Of a DNA stretch of 64,000 nucleotides, positions 49,333-57,879 are shown piece by piece (the stretch's first letter is position 1; each line of letters begins with the position of its first letter). A program made the position numbers and the translations under genes. The DNA lies in contig JAXGPF010000005.1 in NCBI GenBank assembly GCA_040767085.1, positions 224,001 to 288,000 of the forward strand, in the 5' to 3' direction. The stretch is from Kiritimatiellia bacterium (GTDB lineage Bacteria; Verrucomicrobiota; Kiritimatiellia; JAAZAB01). The notes beneath the pieces are model-generated. The model saw only the letters and a list, made by a program, of their open reading frames with translations. It had not been told where the DNA came from and made no database searches.

Positions 49333-52300
49333 ATGCATTATTACAAGCAAACCGGCAAATGCCTTTGCGCAGCCATCGTGGCCGCCACGGCGCTGGCCGC
49401 CTACGGGCAGACTTTTGACGAACTGGCCGCCGCCGGCGAAGACGCGGCGAAAGCCGGCCGCTACCCCGAAGCCATCCGGCTCTACGAAAAAATCGTGGCC
49501 GAGGGCAAGACCTACGAAAACATCATGTTCATCAAGTTCGAACTGGGCTGGGCGTATTACCTGGTGGGAAGTTTTGATAAGGCTATCCCGCTCTTCCTGG
49601 ACCTTTCCGGCGTCCGCGCGCCGAGCGAGGGCATGAAACAGCAGTCCATCTTCCTGATGGCCGAGTGCCACGCCCGCCTGGCCGACAGCCAGCCGGAAGG
49701 ATCGGCCGAACGCAAAAAAAGCATCGAGGAATCGCTGAAACTGCATACCCAGTTTCAGAAGGATTATCCCAAAAGCCCCTTCATTCCCCAGTCGCTTTAC
49801 GGACGCGCCTTCGCCTACTACCTGGACGGACAGTTGGATAAGGCGGAAACCGACCTGAAAACCGTGATCACCGACCACCGCACCTCCTCCACGGCGATCG
49901 ACGCCTATTACCTGCTGGCCAGCGTCTTCAGTCAGCAGGGCCTGGCGCTGGTGAAAGCCGGCAAGCGGGATGCAGCCAAGCCGTTTCTCGACAAGGCCCG
50001 CGAACTGTTCAACCAACTGGCCAAGCAGCAAAACAACCTGGCCATGGCCAACGACAGCACCTTCGCGCTCGCGGAGACCTGGTTCTCCGCCGGGCTTTAC
50101 CTGGAAGCCATCCAATATTTCCGCGAAGTCCGTTCCAAGATGGAAGTGCAGCAGAGCCTGCGGAAATCGCTGGAGGAACTGCAAACCAAGCTCGCGGCGC
50201 AGATGGCCAAGCGGGAGGATACCACCCAGACCAAAACCGAGCAAAACCGGCTCGCGGCGCAATTGGCGGCCGTTAACGAAAGTCCCGACCGCATGATTTC
50301 CGCCTACCTGCGCATCAGCGAATCCTTTTACCGCATGCAGCATTATGACGAAGTCCGCATCATCTGCCGGCACCTGATGAACTTCACCGAGGATGTCCTG
50401 AAAAAGCAGGCCAACATGCTGCTGCTCAACACTTACATCGAGGAGCGCCAGGCGGCGGATGCCGCGCGTGAATTCACCGAATTCCAGCAATCCTTCGGAT
50501 TGGACCCCATGGCGGAAAGCGTCAGCCTGGCCATCGGGCAGCTTTTCCTGGCGCGGGACGAACTGGAACCCGCCCTGACGCATCTGACCCGCAGCGTGGA
50601 GGATTATCCCGAGGCCAAAACCTTCGAGGATGCCCTGTATTTGAAATTCACCGTCGAATACATGCTGACCCGCCATGCCGACGTCAAGGCCACCGCCGAC
50701 CAATACGCCGCCAAGTTCGCCAAGGGCAAGTACCTGCCGCTGGCGCTGTATTACAAGGGCATGAGCCAGGCGGCTCTGGGCGAATCCGAGGAAGGACTCG
50801 CCACGCTGACCGACGTGCTAACCCGTTTCTCGGAAAAAACCGAGGATTTCGACAACGTGGATGAAGTCGCCCTGCAAAAAGGCGTCCTGCTGATGCAGTT
50901 GCAGAAAACCGACGAAGCCATCAAGCATTTCCAGCAGTACATCGAGCAATACAAGGAGAGCGCCTACCGCCCCTACGCCCTGTATCAACTGGGCATGGCG
51001 CTGAACAACGCCGACCGGTTTGAAGAAGCGCAGACCTTCCTGCGCCAGGCGGCCAAGGAACATCCGGAACACGCCATCGCCCCCGCCGCCATGTTCCAGG
51101 TCGGGGTCATGCACTTCCAGAAGGAACAATTTGAAGAAATGGCCGCGGTCATGCGCGAAATCCTGCAGATGTTCCCCGACCGCCCGATCGCCACCGACGC
51201 TTATTTCTGGCTCGGATTCATCGCCAAAAAGGACGGCGCGTTTGACGATGCCGTCGCCAACTTCGCTAAAGCCGTGGAAAGCAACCCCAGCTCCGAGCGC
51301 GCCCCCGAATGCCTGCTTTTCGCCGGCCAGGCGCTCAACGAGAAAGCCGACAAGATGGGCGTGCCCGCGGTGCTGCCGGAAGAGCAGCGCCGGATATACC
51401 GCGAAACCCGCCTGGCGGCCGCGCGCAAGTTCGAGGACATGCTGGCGCAATACCCCGCCGCCGAGAAGACGCTGGAAGCCATCCCCGGCATTGCCGCCAG
51501 CATCTTCGAGCTGGTGCGCAGCAAGCAGATGCCCCCCGAGGAGGCGGTCGCCTGGTTCAAAGAAAGCCGCGCCCGGCACCCGGACAACGCCGAATTGCAG
51601 GCGCAGTTGCTTTTCAGCTACGGCAGCTACTTCATGAAAAACCGCGAACAGGCCCAGGCGCTCGCAGTCTTCAAGGAATCCATGGCGCTCCAGCCCAACG
51701 TGCGGCTTTCGCCGGAAATGCTCACCGATTACGCTGAAGCCTTGAAGGACGCTGGCAGCCTGGCCGACGCCGAGAAGATTTACAACAAGATTATCGCCGA
51801 CTTCGCCGATGCTCCGCTGGCCCTGGCGCCGGCCTGGTTCGGCCTGGCCGATATCAAGTATCTTGAGAAAAACTACGACACCGCCCGCGAATATTTCGAA
51901 AAAGTCCTGGGGGATTATCCCTGGTTCAAGCGCGGCAAGCAGGGCCGGGTCAAGCTGGCGGCCATCTACGAAATCAACGAGAATTACGAGGAAGCGGAAA
52001 AACGGTTCACGGAAGTCTTCAACGAGGAAACCGGCGAACCGCGCCTGGCCGCCTCCCTGGGCGTCGCGCGCTGCCAACTGGCCCGGGCGGAACGCCTGAA
52101 ACGCGCCGGAGACCAGTCCTGGCAGGGCATCGTCAAGGTGGCTTCCGAAAATCTGACCAAGGTCACCGTGCTCTTCGAGGCCTATCCCGAATACGTCTCC
52201 GACGCCTTCCTGCAACTCGGCCGCGCCTGCGAGATGGTGGGCGATGTCAACCAGGCCAAGGAAATGTACAAGCGCGTCGTGGACAATTACGCCAAGTACC

Positions 52301-52347
52301 CGGCCGCCAAACCCGCCGGCGAACAACTCCGGCGCCTGGGCGGGTGA
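49333..52347 (+). CDS. Large secreted TPR protein (~1000 aa)
   Basis: Signal peptide and many YfiO/TPR_6-like repeats; divergent from the exbB operon. Confidence 0.88.
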   Translation: MHYYKQTGKCLCAAIVAATALAAYGQTFDELAAAGEDAAKAGRYPEAIRLYEKIVAEGKTYENIMFIKFELGWAYYLVGSFDKAIPLFLDLSGVRAPSEGMKQQSIFLMAECHARLADSQPEGSAERKKSIEESLKLHTQFQKDYPKSPFIPQSLYGRAFAYYLDGQLDKAETDLKTVITDHRTSSTAIDAYYLLASVFSQQGLALVKAGKRDAAKPFLDKARELFNQLAKQQNNLAMANDSTFALAETWFSAGLYLEAIQYFREVRSKMEVQQSLRKSLEELQTKLAAQMAKREDTTQTKTEQNRLAAQLAAVNESPDRMISAYLRISESFYRMQHYDEVRIICRHLMNFTEDVLKKQANMLLLNTYIEERQAADAAREFTEFQQSFGLDPMAESVSLAIGQLFLARDELEPALTHLTRSVEDYPEAKTFEDALYLKFTVEYMLTRHADVKATADQYAAKFAKGKYLPLALYYKGMSQAALGESEEGLATLTDVLTRFSEKTEDFDNVDEVALQKGVLLMQLQKTDEAIKHFQQYIEQYKESAYRPYALYQLGMALNNADRFEEAQTFLRQAAKEHPEHAIAPAAMFQVGVMHFQKEQFEEMAAVMREILQMFPDRPIATDAYFWLGFIAKKDGAFDDAVANFAKAVESNPSSERAPECLLFAGQALNEKADKMGVPAVLPEEQRRIYRETRLAAARKFEDMLAQYPAAEKTLEAIPGIAASIFELVRSKQMPPEEAVAWFKESRARHPDNAELQAQLLFSYGSYFMKNREQAQALAVFKESMALQPNVRLSPEMLTDYAEALKDAGSLADAEKIYNKIIADFADAPLALAPAWFGLADIKYLEKNYDTAREYFEKVLGDYPWFKRGKQGRVKLAAIYEINENYEEAEKRFTEVFNEETGEPRLAASLGVARCQLARAERLKRAGDQSWQGIVKVASENLTKVTVLFEAYPEYVSDAFLQLGRACEMVGDVNQAKEMYKRVVDNYAKYPAAKPAGEQLRRLGG

Positions 52348-52370
52348 CAATTCGACGCCGCGCCGGCCGG

Positions 52371-52877
52371 TCAGCGCAATTCAATTGTCATGGCGACTTC
52401 CGGGCAGGTAAACGGGGAATCGTACTTGGTGCAATTGACGCACCCCATGTAAAGCTTGTGCATCAGCTTTTCCTTGGGCACCTCGCGGAAGCCGAACCGG
52501 CGGAAATATTCCGGCGAAAAGGTCAGCACCACGAGCTGCGCCGGGTGATAAGCCCGCACGTGGCGGATGATCGCCCGCACCAGGGCTTCCCCCACCCCGC
52601 GCCGCTGGAATTTTCGGGAAACGGCCACGGATTTAATCTCGATCGAAGGTTCCGTCACATGGCCGATTTCCGGCAGAATCTGCCAGGACGCCGTCCCGGC
52701 CAGCCGGCCGCCGACTTCCGCCACCAGGAACCGATCGATGTTCTGGACGATGTCGCTCACCGAACGCGCCAGCACCTCGCGCGGATGTTCCTTGATCAGC
52801 TGGTAGATTTCCGCCGCATCGCCGAATCCCGCCGGGCGGATTCGGACAGCGGCTGGTTTGTTTTTGCGCGCCGGCAT
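52371..52877 (-). CDS. GNAT acetyltransferase (short ArgA-like amino-acid N-acetyltransferase)
   Basis: 'EIKSVAV....QRRGVG', 'LTF.PEYF..FGF', 'HK....C..C.K...C.EVAM'. Confidence 0.8.
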   Translation of the reverse strand: MPARKNKPAAVRIRPAGFGDAAEIYQLIKEHPREVLARSVSDIVQNIDRFLVAEVGGRLAGTASWQILPEIGHVTEPSIEIKSVAVSRKFQRRGVGEALVRAIIRHVRAYHPAQLVVLTFSPEYFRRFGFREVPKEKLMHKLYMGCVNCTKYDSPFTCPEVAMTIELR

Positions 52878-53063
52878 ATTTCAGTCCTCCCGCATCCTGT
52901 TCCGTATCCCATCCCGCGCCGCCGGACCGCGGCGGCTCAATTCCACGGGTAACATAACAAGTCTGCCGGCGGATGCCAGTAAATTTTATCGCGGGACCGC
53001 AACCATCGGCCCAACCGGGGCGTGTTTAACTTGAACCTGAATCCGTGACGGAATTTTATGCTG

Positions 53064-53861
53064 TTACGCCTGGCCGCCGGCGGCCGCCGCCAAGCCGCGC
53101 AAGGTTTGCGCGTCTGCCAGGAACTGTTCGGGCGCGCCGCCGGCAACGAATTCCAGCAAGGCATAGCGCCGCGCCGGCGCCGCCGGCGCGGCGAGGGCCA
53201 GGTATTGACGCCAGGCTTCGGCGCCCTCCGCCAGCGGCCGCTGCCGGCGGGCCGCCGGATCGAAATAGTGCACATGCAGATGCGCCAGATGCCCTGCCAG
53301 CCGGCGCAAATCAGCGCAGCAGTCCGCGACGGCCCGTCCTACCGGCGGCTGCCAGTAAGTCCGCACCCCTGCCGGACCAACCTCTTCCAGCAATTGCATG
53401 GCCGAAGCGGCGGTATCAGTCAGGGTATTGACATGACATTCCAGGGCCACCATCAGACCCGCTCCGCCCGCCAGGGCGCCAATCCGGCGCAAATCGCCGG
53501 CAATCAGGGCGCGATATTCCGGCGTGGCCGATGCCGAACCCCGGACTCCGGCCCAGACCCGGATCACGGGCGCGCCCAGCGCCTGCGCCGTGGCCAGAAC
53601 GGTTGAAAACGACAGGCCTTCGGCCTCGCTTTTGCCAGCCCGGTAGTACGATCCGTACGACGCCACCGCCAGCCCGGCATCGGCGGCGAGGGCGCGCGCT
53701 TCCCGCGCGCCGGCGCGGTCGCCGTGCGGCACATGCACATCCCCGCCCCACTCGATCGCATCCAGCCCGGCCGCCGCGGCCAGATCCACGATTTGGCGCG
53801 GAGTCAACTGCCGGAAGGTCACCGATGCCAGCCCCGTCAGGAATATTTTTTCAGGTTGCAT
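53064..53861 (-). CDS. Sugar phosphate isomerase/epimerase (TIM barrel)
   Basis: GLASVTFR, IEWGGDVHVP, SYGSYY, IRVWAG, ECH.NTLTD, YWQP. Confidence 0.85.
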   Translation of the reverse strand: MQPEKIFLTGLASVTFRQLTPRQIVDLAAAAGLDAIEWGGDVHVPHGDRAGAREARALAADAGLAVASYGSYYRAGKSEAEGLSFSTVLATAQALGAPVIRVWAGVRGSASATPEYRALIAGDLRRIGALAGGAGLMVALECHVNTLTDTAASAMQLLEEVGPAGVRTYWQPPVGRAVADCCADLRRLAGHLAHLHVHYFDPAARRQRPLAEGAEAWRQYLALAAPAAPARRYALLEFVAGGAPEQFLADAQTLRGLAAAAGGQA

Positions 53862-54213
53862 TGTTTTAGAGTGAACCAGGGATACAGACGATTCCCGAAC
53901 GCAGCCGCAACGACACAACGAATGATTTCGATCTTACGGGAAATAGTCAAGGTTAAACGTGAAAACGCAGAAAACTATACAAGCCGTTTTGGCGCACGTA
54001 TCCGCCCGCCCCCGGCGAACTCGCCTCGCCGGCGCGCAAGGTTGAGTTCAGCAGCGGCATTCTTACGACCTCATTCACCGGCGGGACAAGCCCGCCGGGG
54101 TCTCCGGGCGGGATTTCCGACATCAATTAAAATTATGGCGTTGAAATCCTGCGCCGGAAGGTTACAATGCAATTTGTTTTACCCGGGAAGGCCGGGCATA
54201 CAGAGGGCAAGCT

Positions 54214-55332
54214 ATGTGTAAAAAATTCTTGCAAGGATTATCGTTTATGGGACTTAGCCTCGCGGTCGGCGCCGCGCCCGGCGGCGCGGCCGGCATCAAG
54301 CTCACGGAATCGGAGGAAGCCGGCGTAAAACTCTACCGCATGGAAAACGGTTATTACGACGCCGTCTTTGCCCCGGCGCAGGCCATGTTCCCGCTTTACT
54401 TCAAATACAAGCCGACCGGCAAAGACATCCTGGTGCGCAAGCCCGACGCGGCCGCCAGCTTCCGCAGCCGCGACGGCATTCAATTGTGCCTGCCCTGCGT
54501 AGGCGGTATTCCCGACCGCCTGACTTCCAAAGGTTACCTGAACACCGCCGTGTGGGAAACGACGGCGACCGTCCAGGACGGCCGGGGCGTCCTGGTCTCC
54601 CGCGCCGCCATTGGCTATAACGACCCGATTTCCGGCGCGCCGGCGCGCCTGGCGGTCACCGTGACCGTGATCGGCATGGCCCGCAGCAGCCGGCTGCAGA
54701 CGGATTTTGCGATCGAAAACACCGGCGGGCAGCCGGCGCGATTGATGTTCGTCGCGCACGCGCGCCTGGCGCCGGAAGGCGCCTACCAGGAAGGCGATTA
54801 CATCTGGGCGTCCGCCGATCGCTGCTGGATCAGCGACTTCCAATGGCCGGCGCTGGCGGCCGCCGGCGTCGTTCCCCACAGTTGGACCGCCTGGCCGGTG
54901 CCGGGCATGGACACTTTCGCCCCCAAGGCGCCGGCGGAAAAACGCGGCGATTTCGCCTATGCCTTCATCCCCGCCAACTGGCTGGTGGTGGGAAATGACC
55001 GCACGGAAAATTTTGTGGTTTTCCAATCCTCGGGGATCAAAATCGGCAAGCGTTTCCAGCCGTCGCCCTACTTCTGCGTACTGCGCCGGGATGGCGACTA
55101 CCTGGTGGAAGTCGGCGTTTCCCACGAATTGGACGCCAGGTATTGGGAGCATCCCGGCGCCGTGGCCACCCTGGCTCCGGGTGAAATCCTGGCCTACAGT
55201 TTGCACATGGCCGCCGGCCAGGGCTTGCCCCGCGCCCTGGCCCAGCGTATCCTCGCCGTCCGCCCCGACCGCATTGTCTGCCAGCCCGACCAGGGCGCGG
55301 CCCGATTCATCTATCTGGAAGAGCGGCACTGA
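54214..55332 (+). CDS. Secreted hypothetical protein, galactose-mutarotase-like beta-sandwich
   Basis: Signal peptide; 'MENG....F.P', 'IENTG..P....H', 'LAPGE' pattern. Confidence 0.6.
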   Translation: MCKKFLQGLSFMGLSLAVGAAPGGAAGIKLTESEEAGVKLYRMENGYYDAVFAPAQAMFPLYFKYKPTGKDILVRKPDAAASFRSRDGIQLCLPCVGGIPDRLTSKGYLNTAVWETTATVQDGRGVLVSRAAIGYNDPISGAPARLAVTVTVIGMARSSRLQTDFAIENTGGQPARLMFVAHARLAPEGAYQEGDYIWASADRCWISDFQWPALAAAGVVPHSWTAWPVPGMDTFAPKAPAEKRGDFAYAFIPANWLVVGNDRTENFVVFQSSGIKIGKRFQPSPYFCVLRRDGDYLVEVGVSHELDARYWEHPGAVATLAPGEILAYSLHMAAGQGLPRALAQRILAVRPDRIVCQPDQGAARFIYLEERH

Positions 55333-55411
55333 TGATGAAAGGGGCAAAGGATCAAAGGCGCAGAGGATCAAAGCGGCAGGGGAACGGTGTCTGCCCTTCA
55401 ACATTCCGCGG

Positions 55412-56443
55412 CTAAAAATTCAGCCGCGCCTTGCGGGAACCTTTTACAATCCGCCCGATCACTTTGGGCGTCGCGCCATGCGCGGCCAGTGCGCGGATGG
55501 CGGCCGGCTGGTCGGCGGCGCGGACCGCGATGACCATGCCGATGCCCATGTTGAACACGCGGTACATTTCCCCGGTCTCGATGCCGCCGCGTTCCTGGAG
55601 AAACCTGAAAATCGCCGGCACGCGCCAGGCGCGGCAGTCAATCACGGCATCGGTGTCCGCCGGCAGCATGCGCGGGACATTATCCACAAAACCGCCCCCG
55701 GTAATATGCGCCATGCCCAGCACCGGCACCTGGCGCAAAAGGGCCTGGACCGGCGTCAGGTAACTGCGATGCACGCTCAACAACACGTCCGCCACCCGCT
55801 GGTTGGCGCCCGGCAGCCGGTCCTGCAGGCGCAGGCCGGCGGTCTCGAAAATCACCCGCCGCGCCAGTGAAAATCCGTTGGTGTGCAGGCCGGAGGAAGG
55901 CAGGCCCAACAACACGTCGCCGGGGCGGATGCGGCGGCCGGTGATGAGCTTTTTCCGGTCCACCACGCCGACAATGGTGCCGACCAGGTCGTATTCCCCG
56001 GGCGGGTACAACCCCGGCATTTCCGCGGTTTCCCCGCCCAGGAGGGCGCAGCGATTCGCGCGGCAGGCGCGGCAGAGTCCGCGCACAACGGACTGGAAGA
56101 CCCGGCCGTCAAAGCCGGACACCCCGAAATAATCGAGGAAGAACAAGGGCGCCGCGCCATGCACGAGAATGTCGTTGACGCAATGATTGACCAGGTCCTG
56201 GCCCACGGTATCGTGCCGGCCGGCCATCACGGCAACCTTGAGCTTGGTGCCCACACCGTCGGTGCTGGCCATCAACACCTGGCCGCGTCCCGGCGCGGCG
56301 AACATGCCGCCGAAAGCGCCGATTTCGCTCAGCACGCCCGGGGTACGGGTGGCGCCGACAAGTTTTTTCACCGCGCGCAGCGCGCGCATCTTGTTTTCGA
56401 TATCCACGCCCGCCGCCCGGTAAGCCGAATGTCTGGCTGTCAT
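55412..56443 (-). CDS. purM: Phosphoribosylformylglycinamidine cyclo-ligase
   Basis: YRAAGVDI, TDGVGTK, GGETAEMPG, SSGLHTNG, AHITGGG, FNMGIG. Confidence 0.96.
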   Translation of the reverse strand: MTARHSAYRAAGVDIENKMRALRAVKKLVGATRTPGVLSEIGAFGGMFAAPGRGQVLMASTDGVGTKLKVAVMAGRHDTVGQDLVNHCVNDILVHGAAPLFFLDYFGVSGFDGRVFQSVVRGLCRACRANRCALLGGETAEMPGLYPPGEYDLVGTIVGVVDRKKLITGRRIRPGDVLLGLPSSGLHTNGFSLARRVIFETAGLRLQDRLPGANQRVADVLLSVHRSYLTPVQALLRQVPVLGMAHITGGGFVDNVPRMLPADTDAVIDCRAWRVPAIFRFLQERGGIETGEMYRVFNMGIGMVIAVRAADQPAAIRALAAHGATPKVIGRIVKGSRKARLNF

Positions 56444-57537
56444 GATTGCTTTGCTCCTCGATTGCGGATGATCCGCGCCACTTGCCGCAGCATACCCACG
56501 CGCATGCGCGGGTATACCACCGCGTGCTCGCGGACATCTTCCCCCCATAAGCCACGCCCGTTGGAAAACACCAGGCCGTCAAACGGCGCGATAAAGCTCC
56601 ACAAATTCTCAAAGGTTTCCAGCGAAAACACCCGCGCTGCCACCTGGCCCTTGCGCGCCCAGGCGCCGGGCGGAATTTCGCCGATCAGCAGTCCTTCGGC
56701 GTCGGTCACCATCACGGCATCCTTGCCGCCCTGCCGCAGTTCATACTGCACCGGCGGCAATTCCGGGCGGCCGGGCAGCATGCCATGAAACTTGAAGCTG
56801 TTGAGAATCCCGCGGCGGCCGGAAGCCGCGGACGCCGGATCGACAAAATTCTGCGGCGGCAATTCCGCGACGATCAGCGGGATACCGGCATGGAAAGCGC
56901 GCACAGAGCTCATGCCGGCGGCCGGGTCCGCCAGGCGCGGCGCCCGCAATTGATAACAGGGCAAGCCGAAACTGCGCAGGAACGCGGCATGCTGGCGCAT
57001 GCTCCAGGCCAGGGGCGCGAAGGCGGAGGTCCAGCCGTGCAGGTCGAGGCACCAGTCGGCATGCCGCAGCCAGGTTTGCCAGACCGCCTCGGCCGCCGCT
57101 GCGGCATACGTGGCGGCCGCGGGAGATTCACGCCAGCACCGGTCCATGTTGTAATTGAAATCGGGAGCGGTGTCCGCGCGCGGTGTCAGCATGTTCAAGC
57201 CCATGCGGCGATAGCGAAATTCCTCGACGGGAAAATCCTGGCGCCGCGACAGGACCGCCAGCGGATTCAAGACCGGCAGAAACACCGCCGTGCCCTTCAA
57301 CGCGTGCGGATCCAATTCGTGAAAAACCTTCTCGATGGCCGCCACGCCGTTTAATTCCCGGCCGTGCTGGCCGGCCATAATCACGGCCAGCGGGCCGGCG
57401 CGCGCGCCGGTGACTGTCAAGACCGGCAAACGCGCCTTGACGGACTGGACATAATGCGGCATCTCCAGGAACGAACGGTGTTTCCCCGGCCGGCGCCGCA
57501 AGGCAAGGCCGCCGCCGCTTCGAATGATTTTAGCCAT
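56440..57537 (-). CDS. Succinylglutamate desuccinylase/aspartoacylase family (M14) protein
   Basis: AGQHGRELNG, PVLNP, NMDR, LDLH; C-terminal 'APFDGLV'. Confidence 0.82.
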   Translation of the reverse strand: MAKIIRSGGGLALRRRPGKHRSFLEMPHYVQSVKARLPVLTVTGARAGPLAVIMAGQHGRELNGVAAIEKVFHELDPHALKGTAVFLPVLNPLAVLSRRQDFPVEEFRYRRMGLNMLTPRADTAPDFNYNMDRCWRESPAAATYAAAAAEAVWQTWLRHADWCLDLHGWTSAFAPLAWSMRQHAAFLRSFGLPCYQLRAPRLADPAAGMSSVRAFHAGIPLIVAELPPQNFVDPASAASGRRGILNSFKFHGMLPGRPELPPVQYELRQGGKDAVMVTDAEGLLIGEIPPGAWARKGQVAARVFSLETFENLWSFIAPFDGLVFSNGRGLWGEDVREHAVVYPRMRVGMLRQVARIIRNRGAKQS

Positions 57538-57617
57538 GTTTCCCCATCCTTCCCGACCCGCCGGCGCACCGGCGCACGATTTTGTCCCGGCGGTATCCGC
57601 CGGACGACCGCCCGGGG

Positions 57618-57797
57618 TTACGGATAATCCGCCGCCACCATGTCCAGGATCCGCGCGCCATATTCGCTGAAAACACGCAAAAACAACGTCAGCATGAACC
57701 ACACCGCCACCAGCATGCCGGCCACAATGGCGTATTCCGCCATGGCCTGGCCGCTCCGGCCCGGCCGGCGTTTAAATAAATTGACCCTGTTATCCAT
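57618..57797 (-). CDS. Small Flp/Tad-like prepilin
   Basis: Basic leader, G|QAMAEY class III signal motif, then a hydrophobic helix; 59 aa. Confidence 0.65.
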   Translation of the reverse strand: MDNRVNLFKRRPGRSGQAMAEYAIVAGMLVAVWFMLTLFLRVFSEYGARILDMVAADYP

Positions 57798-57809
57798 GGC
57801 GCTTATAAT
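57781..57809 (+). promoter_or_regulatory. Sigma70-like promoter for the Ser/Thr kinase
   Basis: TTGACC (57781-57786), 17-nt spacer, TATAAT (57804-57809). Confidence 0.65.
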
Positions 57810-57879
57810 GCAGCGCACACAATGAAACAAAAACACTCTGATCTGTCAAACACTTCCGCCACTCCGGCCGCAGCCAAGC

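Noticed and set aside
49276-52350. Long antisense ORFs (49276-50703 and 50818-52350; similarly 23334-25328 and 58711-60501)
   Set aside because: Shadow ORFs opposite clear genes, as expected in high-GC DNA.
54000-54114. Guanidine-I (ykkC) or fluoride riboswitch
   Set aside because: Only partial resemblance (CGGCGGGACAAGCCCG; GGCGAGGCGAGTTCGCC); the conserved cores and the expected downstream genes are missing.
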